NCBI RefSeq assembly: GCF_964355755.1
Contig: NC_092678.1
Location: 23,267,365-23,331,364, forward strand
Length of the DNA: 64,000 bases
Source: Antedon mediterranea
Lineage: Eukaryota > Animalia > Echinodermata
Direction of reading: 5' to 3'
Made by a program: the position numbers and the translations under genes. Positions 12,483 through 24,400 of this stretch are shown here, piece after piece. A model generated the notes under the pieces. That model was not told the DNA's origin and did no database searches. It worked only from the letters and a program-made list of their open reading frames with translations. The stretch's first letter is position 1. Each line of letters starts with the position of its first letter.

Positions 12483-15400
12483 CTGTCAACAACAATAACA
12501 ACATTTATTTACTAAAAACTCAAGACAATAATTAATAATGTCGGATATTAAAAGTTTGCGAATTTTATTTTTTGTTTTTTTCTGTTTGTATATTTGTTGA
12601 TATGGATGAAATTTTCCAAAAATAAAATTTATTTATTTATTTATTAAGGTATAAAAAAAACCTCAAATTCCAACTAGCAACAAGAGCTGAAAAGGTTGGA
12701 TTACAATCATTAACTGAGAAGTAAAATACATCAAAGTAGATCTAAACTAAACACTATACATAAAGGATTCGTCCTAAGTGCGGAATAGAAATTGAATACT
12801 TAATTAATCATCAGTGTCAAATCTTTAAAATACACCTTTTTCGGAAAATTGCAGTGTTTATCTGATGATCAGTCCATGTAAAGAACTTTGATTCTTAGAA
12901 ATGGCGTTATATAAATGGTAATTAATTTTATTTTCACATATCTAACAAGCACACGGCTCTCCAATTATAGAATCGGATACCCATGCTTTCTTGACAAAGT
13001 TTCATATGAGGCTTAAGTATTAGCAGTGTATTGGATCTCAGAAAAATAATTCTGTCATTGTAAACATGATTGAACCAAGGACCTTGGAAAATATGGCAAA
13101 CACCAAACCACAGTGCCACTGTATATACATTCAAACCATAGATATTTTAAATTCATTGTAATTAATAATAATAATATTTATTTCCACAAATAATAAAGTA
13201 AAATACAGAGTAGCATAATACTGTAATATATACCACTGATAATGAACATAAATAATATAATGCAAAAAAAGAAGTTGGTATTAAGTGGAAAAGGGACGCC
13301 ACAGCAAGCAAGCTTTAATTTGGGCGCCCCTCTCAATTCATTGTCTTATCTTATTGTGTTTATTAAGTGTTTGAGTGTTTAGTTTTTCATTGTATTTATT
13401 AACAAACTAGTTTATCATTATGTTATTATTATTATTATATATATTATTATATGTTAGTATTATATATGTTGTTATATTGTGGAAATAAACAGAAATTGAA
13501 AAAAAATTGAAGTGTACGTACTTGTTAGGTTTGTATTCTCCAAAGCCTCCTTCATCGTCCTTTAATGGCGCTGACTCCGGATCTCCTCTTAGCTTATCCT
13601 CTTTGTCAGATACTGTGAAAAGAAAATTCAAGAAAACTCAAATGACGTATTTGACTGGTCGCTTACGAGCTTCTCAAACCGCTCACAAAAGATCTACCAT
13701 ACCGACACTGCTTGTATAGAAACAGCAAAAAGTCAGAGGAGCTAGACTTGTTTAAAGCAGACCAGCGAGATAAGCCAAAAGTGACTAGCCCGTAGTTGCT
13801 AACCCAGAGTAGCGTTTATAAGACATTGTATGATGGTTTAGTACTAAAGTCAAGTCCTTAGCAATCATTCTTCACTAGACCACTGGGCATATGTGTGAAT
13901 ATGGCTGCCTAGAGTGGCTTTTACTAGACTAGTGTTCTGGGCTAGTACTTGCCCTGCTCAAGTAGTAGAAAAGAAACTTACCGTTGTACTTTCCACCTTT
14001 CTGACTTCTAACATAGCAGAGGATAAGTAGTATAATCAACAGAAGAAGAATTAGACAGATCATTACAATGAGCCACGGCGCTGCGTGCAAACCACCATCA
14101 TCGACAACAGCACCTACAAAAATAATGGTACAATACAACATAAAAAATAATGGTATAATCCAAGATAAAAACAAATTGGTATAACCCAAGATAAAACAAG
14201 TGGTATATATCCAAAATAAAAAATAATGGTACCACCAAATAAATAAGTGCCAAATAATTTGCGGTGAAATTATTTTTCAACATTTGAATTTCAATTGCAG
14301 CTTAATTGAGAAATTTTCTTAAATAGCTATTTAAAAAAAAAATTAATAAAAATGTTGAAACAGAAGAAAACTTCACTTTATAAACTGAAAAAAATAAAAG
14401 TTAATTTTCCAAAAACCAGCATGCGAATGAAGACACATCAGAAAATGTAAAAAAAAAAAAAAAGAAATGAACCAAAATAATGTATCACTGTAATCTACGT
14501 TCACACTGAGCTAATATAACAGGATAAAAAATCACCAAAATTGTAGGTATCGTTTAAGTGTAAAAATGTGCATTTCGGATTCTGTAAATACTGTACATAT
14601 ACAGTAATGTAGGCCAACATTGTCTGCGGACACCAGACAGGCTCAGTGTGAAAGCAGCTATAGTGACAAAGTCATTAAATTTATCAACTCATCCAAGTGA
14701 GCCACATGAATGAAAAATAAAATCATGTGATATTAGAGAGCTTTAGATTCGCGACAACGGACGACCTAGGAACAAGTTAGGTCAATTTATTGTGCGCAGT
14801 TTGGACGTGCTTTCCTCGCTCTATTCCTGAACCAAGTTTTGGCGTCTTCTAGGTCCAGGTGACAACAAACCACGCATCAAAGCGTAGGTCGTCAGCCATC
14901 GCAAATTCAAAGCTCTCTATTATAAAACCATGAAAGGATTAGTTTCCTTGCTAAGACTCGTTACTCAAATGATGAAAGAAAAGAAGTCATTAATCATTTA
15001 TTTCTCAAAATGTTACCATGTTTGGTAAGGTAGTTCTATGTTGTCTACCTTTAATAGAAAGAGCAGTTAGAAGATAGAATACCTACAACCATGTATACAA
15101 TATAGTTTTATCAACCAGAAAAAACCTCCTTATTCTGAGCATCGGTACTAATGATATTGTAATTTAGTTTTTTCTGCTTTTTTTAGGAAAAAAATTAACC
15201 TTATAATAATTACAGTAGAACCTGTATTAAGAGGACTCTTTCTTGTAAACCGAAAAATGGAAAATATAGGTTGTAACATTATGGCCAACTAATGTTCAGG
15301 GGACACCCCTATTAAGGGGCATTTTGTTGTAAACATAACGATGGGAAATATAGGTTTTAACATTATGGCCAACTCCTGTTCAGGGGACACTCCTATTAAG

Positions 15401-18400
15401 GGGCATTTTGTTGTGAACCTAACGATGGGAAATATAGGTTTTAACATTATGGCCAACTCCTGTTCAGGGGACACTCCTATTAAGGGGCATTTTGTTGTGA
15501 ACCTAACGATGGGAAATATAGGTTTTAACATTATGGCCAACTCCTGTTCAGGGGACACTCCTATTAAGGGGCATTTTGTTGTGAACCTAACGATAGGAAA
15601 TATAGGTTTTACCATTATGGCCAACTCCTGCTCAGGGACACCCCTATTAAGGGGCATTTTGTTGTGAACCTAACGATAGGAAATATAGGTTTTACCATTA
15701 TGGCCAACTCCTGTTCAGGGGACACTCCTATTAAGGGGCATTTTGTTGTGAACCTAACGATGGGAAATATAGGTTTTACCATTATGGCCAACTCCTGTTC
15801 AGGGGACACTCCTATTAAGGGGCATTTTGTTGTGAACCTAACGATGGGAAATATAGGTTTTACCATTATGGCCAACTCCTGTTCAGGGGACACTCCTATT
15901 AAGGGGCATTTTGTTGTGAACCTAACGATGGGAAATATAGGTTTTACCATTATGGCCAACTCCTGTTCAGGGGACACTCCTATTAAGGGGCATTTTGTTG
16001 TGAACCTAACGATGGGAAATATAGGTTTTACCATTATGGCCAACTCCTGTTCAGGGGACACTCCTATTAAGGGGCATTTTGTTGTGAACCTAACGATGGG
16101 AAATATAGGTTTTACCATTATGGCCAACTCCTGTTCAGGGGACACTCCTATTAAGGGGCATTTTGTTGTGAACCTAACGATGGGAAATATAGGTTTTACC
16201 ATTATGGCCAACTCCTGTTCAGGGGACACTCCTATTAAGGGGCATTTTGTTGTGAACCTAACGATGGGAAATATAGGTTTTACCATTATGGCCAACTCCT
16301 GTTCAGGGGACACTCCTATTAAGGGGCATTTTGTTGTGAACCTAACGATGGGAAATATAGGTTTTACCATTATGGCCAACTCCTGTTCAGGGGACACTCC
16401 TATTAAGGGGCATTTTGTTGTGAACCTAACGATGGGAAATATAGGTTTTACCATTATGGCCAACTCCTGTTCAGGGGACACTCCTATTAAGGGGCATTTT
16501 GTTGTGAACCTAACGATGGGAAATATAGGTTTTACCATTATGGCCAACTCCTGTTCAGGGGACACTCCTATTAAGGGGCATTTTGTTGTGAACCTAACGA
16601 TGGGAAATATAGGTTTTACCATTATGGCCAACTCCTGCTCAGGGACACCCCTATTATGGGGCATTTTGTTGTGAACCTAACGATGGGAAATATAGGTTTT
16701 ACCATTATGGCCTCCTCTCGATATCATCGTATGTATATGTGACGTCGTGAATATAGAGGCTTCCGACGGCCGTTGAAATAGAATATTGCAATGGCGTGAG
16801 TAATTTTCGCTAATTTACCATGGTATCTTAAAATTTCGTTTTTACTCAAAATACTATACATTTTGTTTTTATTTGTGTGGGTTTGTGTTAATTTGATACA
16901 TTTAAATAACATGTGTGAATTTCTTGAAAATCGAAATTCCATTTCAGGTCCATTTTAAGGGGACATTTTGTTGGGTTTCGCAGATGTTATCTTAATAGGG
17001 GTTCTACTGTTCATGCAAATGCAAAAATTGGGAAAAAAATTAAATAACAGTAATCTGATACAATTACTGGGTATATACATGCAAAATAATTAATTTTAAT
17101 TTAATGAAAACAAAATAACCATTGGTTAGTAAACAAACAAACATTCAGCAAACATATAACACATAGAACTCACCAACAACAGGGGTTGAACCTGGATAAT
17201 AAAAAACAACAAGGAAAACAAAAATAGACAAAATAATAAACAAGAACATTGACACACAAGTCATAATATAAACAGCTATTGACATCGTTGGGTCACCAGG
17301 TCAATTATTATTGAATAAATTATGTTAATTTTAGCATAGTAATTAAAACAAGTATTTATCTGTCATATTATTAAAGTTTAACATTATATGACAATATCGA
17401 TATTAAAGATAGCAAAGATGATAATGCTGATGATACTGATCAATAATTGATGATATTGATAAAGTTAATGATACTGATCAATAATCGATGATATTGATAA
17501 AGTTAATGATACTGATCAATAATCAAGATAATGTTAAAGTTTATGATACTGATCAATAATCAATGACATTGATAACATTTATGATACTGATCAATAATCA
17601 ATGATATTGATAAAGGTAATGATACTTATCAATAATCAATGATATTGATAAAGTTGATGATACTGATCAATAATCAATGATATTGATCAAGTTGATGATA
17701 CTGATCAATAATTGATGATATTGATAAAGTTGATGATACAGATCAATAATCAAGATGATAATGATAAAGTTAATGATAACGTTGATGAAAATTATTTGCT
17801 AATTTATGAAATGGTAATTAAAATGTTTTAAGATTAACATTTTAAGATGAATGCTTAAATGTATTAAAATAAATGTTTATTAATGAAAGCATGTTAAAAA
17901 TTGCAAACAACAAACATAAAGAAACATAAACCACATTAGTACATTTAGTAACATAAACTCTTGAGCACAAAACTTAGTGATGTTTCAGAAACAAAATACG
18001 TTATTGCTTTAACGTTTTGAATTAGTGTACTTCTTTGAACCTGTATAATATATTATTGGTGGTGGTTTATCAACAACATAACCTTTAAACTTTGACACAT
18101 TAATGTGTTGAAATTGTGTGACCTTTGGTAACCTTTAACCTTTCTTATCTAGAGAGTATTGAACCCAGTGTCTGTCTGAAACCAAATTGTGCTCTGTGTT
18201 AACATTTAACCTTTTTGTTTCTAAAGTTTAAGCAACTGTTGTAAATGTCTTGAACCAAGCATTCGTCTGAAACTAAATTGTGTTTAGTGCAGCGTCCAAT
18301 AATCATAACCTATAACTTATTATTGTTATTCCAATTAATTATGTATTATTAACATGAGCTCAAAATAATATTAATAATTTAAAAAAAAAACAACAAAAAT

Positions 18401-21400
18401 CAACTTTAATTTTGTTGTGAGCTGAAGCGTTAACCAAATAGCGCCTTTAATTTGATTCTGAATATAAACTCACCGAATTGAACATTAGTTACCATAGCCG
18501 ATGTTTCCATTATGGTATCTAAATTAAATTAACGAGTTATTTTTGTAAAATAATCTTAGAGATAATCTTAATTTTATAAATAGATATTATGTTTATTAAT
18601 ATTAGATGCTATATTGATTACCCAACATTACAGTATCTATTAATATTACTGCAGTATTTGTTATATATACTGCAGTAAATATATTGAAATTAAAGTATAT
18701 GATTGATAATTGATGCTTTAACATAGGTATTGCTAAAGCTTGGTTCCCACACAGATACAATGCAAGGACGTAACGCAACGCAACGCACAGTGATTTGACA
18801 AATCACAAAAGATGGATTATTCAAACAGTAGCGTATGATTGGTCTACTTGATTGCGTTGCAGGTACGTCCTTGCGTTGCGTCTCTGTGGGAACCAACCTT
18901 GAAAGGTTGCTTAAGAATGTGCCGTTTGAAAACGGGTTGTTGTGAAGTTTATTTGTGTTATTGTGTTATTGTGTTAAATTAAAGGTAGCATGATGCGGGT
19001 TCTTCTGTTTTAACAATAAAAACATTATTTCATACCCGGATATACACTGGTTGTGGGAATCGTTGAGGCTGAGGAAAGACACAGAACAATAAACAACAAC
19101 AATAAACAACAATTAATATTGACAAAATATACAATTATTACATAATACATTATAATTAGTATAAAAGGTATAATGTTTTAAAAACGCAGTGGGCTGGTAT
19201 AATAAACAAAAGAACATTTCATGACATATAATAATAAAAAGTTGCAATACCAATGATATATATAAAATCAAACAAAATACCAAATTTGACCAAACACATT
19301 TCCATGTAATTCTGTACTGTAAAATGTTTTTTAAATAAATATATATTATATTTTTTACCAGTCGTATGAATTTTCATTCGAATGTATTGTACTGATACCA
19401 ACTAATCTGGCGGCACAGCAATATTGAGTTAATGATATTATAATTGTTTTGTTTTGAATAAAACTAGAATAGAAATATACTCTCATCAAATCATTTGAAT
19501 ATTAAAACATGGAATTATATTGCAGTCAAATACGGTAAATATTACAAATATGTATTAAAAAAGAAATATAATTTTAAAACAAGACTCCGATAAGTGGAAA
19601 ATAGGTAATATATAAAGTGCATAAAACAAAACAAATATATATTTATTTTTAAATAGATTAGTAGAAAAACTGTTATATAGAATAGGAATATTTTTCTATT
19701 ATTTTTTTTTAATTCATACAAAATAAGCATAATTTAAAATTAGGGTAAATTATTCTTGAAAAATGTGTAAATGACAATATAAATTCTGTATGTAAAATTA
19801 GTCATTTAATATCATTTTTGATATTTCTTTCCTATAATAAAGAAATTAGTTGAATGGCCATTAAAATATCATTGCAAAAAGTACCGTACTGTAATAATTA
19901 TGTGCATAGTGCAAAAAAAGATGTTTTATTATATAACTTTTGAACAAAATGCGAGAAAAAATAAAATATTGAAAAAAATTATGTGTATTACTAATGTTGA
20001 GAAAATTAAGATTCAAAATAATCGTCCGAAACCAGGATTTGAACCCAAACCTCCTGTCGGATATGCAAACGCCCTGCCAATAATACCACTGACGTTTACA
20101 ATTTCTTTCATCTTTTGTGTGTATATTGGAAAAGCACTAGTTCTCATATAGATGTATATAATATAGCCCTTCATTTTACAATGACGTCCCAAAGACTAGA
20201 GTGCCTAATAATACTATATTAATTATTCATCTACGGCAGATACAAGCAGGACAAATCATGGAGTAAATCATTACTCCATGGGCCAACCCCATTTAAAAAT
20301 CCTGGATCCATCAAAATTTAACAGAAATTGAATTTTATTTTTTGCTTTATACAAACAATATATAAAATAAAATAAATATTTTACAAAAGAAAATTAATAA
20401 CATAATATGTGATAAACAAGTGTTGATAACTTGACCATTTACGCACATGCATTGTGGGTAATTCAAACTTACCAGGACCAGGCTGGTCTGTGATTGCACC
20501 GGGCAAATCTGACATTTTATAAGTAATAACATTGAATTAATACTACAATACTATGTTTATTGATTTTACAGTCAACTGTCCAAAAATTAACACCCTTTGC
20601 CAGACATATGTTTAAAAAATGTTTGACACTAAATGTTTTTTGAGTCATTTGGTTTAAATTAAAGTTTTAAGAATATTATTTTGTAAGAGTTGACTGTATT
20701 TTATAATAATTTTTAGTGAATTAAATCGAAGCAACTTCTAGTACGAGTAAACTAACAACATAGAATTATAATTGAATCATATGGAATAAAATATATAATA
20801 TTAAAATTTAAAAACAACGAAAAGAAATTGAAATGAAATAATGTAGTATAACTGAAAAATGAAATACAGATTAAAAAAAAGAAAATTATTCAAAATAAAA
20901 TATTTATAAATCATAAATAAAAGTATTTAGAAATGAAAAAAAAAAATTGTAATTACCAATAGAGGGCGGGATACAGAGCTAAATTTTTTATTGTCTCATA
21001 AGACAATTACATTTTTAAAAATAAATCTCTGTCTACATTATCAAATTAGTTTGACAAAAAAAAGTGTGATGTGCTCAATATGGTAGTGATATGACATCAA
21101 CATATCCATATATGGGCACATCCCTTTTATTTTATCACATAAAGTTGATAGTGTAGACAGAGCTTAACAAATGAAAGCTGACGTACCTGCTCCACTGGTA
21201 GTGATGATGAATATTGGCCCTTCTGTTTTATCTCCGTCCTCATTCATTGCGACCAATCTTACTTCGTATTCTGTGTTCGGCGAGAGGTCTGTCAAATTTG
21301 TTCCAAAGTTTCGGTCAAATACATCGACCTCCTCCTCTTTCCACGGTTTGTCGTCGTCTCCGTCTAAAAGAACAATAAATATAATCATATTTAATTCTAA

Positions 21401-24400
21401 AAAACTATATTGTGACAATCATAACATCTGTCATTTTTAACAGTAGGCCTAATGTAACTAAAGATGTGTAGAGTGTGGGTTTCAAACGGTTAAGGTAGGT
21501 GGAAAACACAATACATTATTTCAGGTATATGGAGGTACTGTGTTGAAATTAGGCAGTGGAAGGCTTGCATAAGCTAGCTTGAATGGCAGACTTTAAAAGT
21601 TGGTGGGTGTGTGTCCCCAGACAGCAGATGTACATTCTTTAATGGACGTACATAGACATTGTAAATGCACGTGACCTCAGAATTTAGATCACATTAAATT
21701 ACAAAACTTTACACACCCCTGTTAGTATCTGTAAATTGATAGATGTTTCTATTTATAGTACAAATAAAGTCAATTTTTAAAATGATTAATTATAAATAAA
21801 GCCCTCACAAAGTGAATGTTATCTTTGTGAAGGTGTTACATGTATTCCCCCGATTGCTAGGAAGTGACAATGATTCAGGAAACCAACCGACCAAATACGG
21901 TCATACGTGTTCTACACCCTTAAACACGATAGCTCTCAATATTCTGTGTTAACGTTTTAACGCTGTCATATTTGCATTTAATTTAAGTTATTCGTAAACT
22001 TAAGACTTCTTTCTTAATTGTCAGACGGGGAGTGCTTAACTTAAGTTAGATAATTAAGATATTAATGAATATATATAACACTTACTTGCAATAGGGAAGG
22101 GAAGGACTCAAATAGCAGTAACAGTAAACATATTATTTTAATATACAGCATATAAATATTAGTTATAATAGAGACATTCTAATAATTTATGTTCAAATGC
22201 CACTTATTTTTTGTTTAATTAATAATTTATCTATCTCTCAATATGTTTTAGGATGTCATTTACAAGAAGGACTTTAAATATTCAAAATAAATTTACGATT
22301 AATTTCTATTTAAAGTTTATTTCTACCAAAATAGTATCTGGATACAGAAATGAACGAGGATTTCAAATGTATGCAAGTCAGTGTAAATCATGGTTTTCTG
22401 CATATGCGAGAGCTACAATATAAATCTTTCTACATCCCTAACTCTCCTCCAAAGTTTTTCGTCTAACATGATTTCAGCCGCCACGTTTTCATATACTACA
22501 CTCGCTAATGAAGTCGAAATCGACGGATTATGCCACGTGGATTAATTTTGTTATCAACATTCAATCAAAATTTACGAGTACCATCAGTATGAACGCTGAA
22601 GCATCTATATACAGCACAACCATTAAATGCATTTAACCAGTTATTTTACACATACAATGTACAGTAAATGACATTTAAATGTACTGGAACTTAAAATTAG
22701 TCATAAGGTCAAAGGTTAGAAAGCAGTGATGTTAATAATACTGTACTATGTGAATTTATGATTTATGTAGGATAGCTTGAGTTTTTATTTAAAAATCAAA
22801 TTGTTAAACTTTTAATCATTGTTATTAGTGTACTGCGTACTATATATGATATTATGTTAAATAAATAAATGTTAACTTTTTAGTTAAACCAGTTGAAGTA
22901 CTTACTTGCTACGTTTCAGCTGGTCAACTGGTTTAACTAAAAAGTTAACATTTATTTATTTAATATCCATTTGAAACCAGAGGAAATTTTTTGAGAATGA
23001 TATTATGATTTTAAAGTAATATTTTTTTAAATTAAAATTTACTCTTGCTAAGAGTCAAGACCGATAAAAAAAAATCCCCCAAGGTATTTTCCAATATAAT
23101 AATCTGTTTGTACTTTCAAAACATGGTTGCCTGAATTCTAACTGTAACATTGTTCAAGTTGAGGTTAATATTAACAACTTTAAATTTGAGTGCTAAAAAT
23201 GATGACAATATTGGTCATGTCTGCCGCTCATTAAGCTACCTTTGTTTATACCAACTAAATATTCATTAGTATATCTAGGGTACCGGTAATTCTATACAGC
23301 TCTATCATATGCATCATGTTATGCGATTAATACAAATATAATATTAGGGTGACACCTCAATTTTAGTAGCTACAAGGTACTGTGCCTTTAAACAGTTATT
23401 CAACATGAATACGATATGATTCCTATATCCTGCAGCTCATATCTATTTGTTTGTCAAATGGTTTATCTTGAAACAGGTTTCAATCTAACCTCACAACTGT
23501 GCTCTCTCAAGACAAAGCAGAGAGTTATTATTATCATTGTAACAAATGTTTAACCTATATTTCAATCTTAGACAAGAATAAGAATTACTGGCTTGCTTAA
23601 TAAGTCAAGACATGTATATAGGCTGAGTAATACATGTTTAGAATATTTCACGCTATTACATCATTGGTATATAGTCAACTAATTATCACTAACCTACAAA
23701 GGACGTTAAATTGGCTAGCCTATGTTGGTTTACTTTGGGCTAGGCCTGAACCTTACAAAATCTTCCAATATATACTCACAGAACCTACTGGTAGAATACT
23801 TGTACTAGACGATAAGCATCAAAGCAAAACACAAACAACCCCCAGGAATAGTACATAAATAAATGGGTTTACACACAACACAAAATCTTCCAATATATAT
23901 ACTCACAGAACCTACTGGTAGAGTACTTGTACTAGACGATAAGCATCAAAGCAGTAAAACACAAACAACCCCCAGGAATAGCGCATAAATAAATGGGTTT
24001 ACACACAACACAATATCTTCCAATATATACTCACAGAACCTACTGGTAGAGTACTTGTACTAGACGATAAGCATCAAAGCAAAACACAAACAACCCCCAG
24101 GAATAGCGCATAAATAAATGGGTTTACACACAACACAATATCTTCCAATATATACTCACAGAACCTACTGGTAGAGTACTTGTACTAGACGATAAGCATC
24201 AAAGCAAAACACAAACAACCCCCAGGAATAGCGCATAAATAAATGGGTTTACACACAACACAATATCTTCCAATATATACTCACAGAACCTACTGGTAGA
24301 GTACTTGTACTAGACGATAAGCATCAAAGCAAAACACAAACAACCCCCAGGAATAGTACATAAATAAATGGGTTTACACACAACACAATATTAACTTACT

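Noticed and set aside
13581-13589. Second RGD motif (KLRGDPES)
   Set aside because: It is cytoplasmic, so it cannot bind integrin ectodomains.
15289-16674. Long repetitive ORFs (349 and 336 aa) on both strands
   Set aside because: By-product of an 84-bp (3n) tandem unit inside a transposon remnant in an intron; no splice or domain support.
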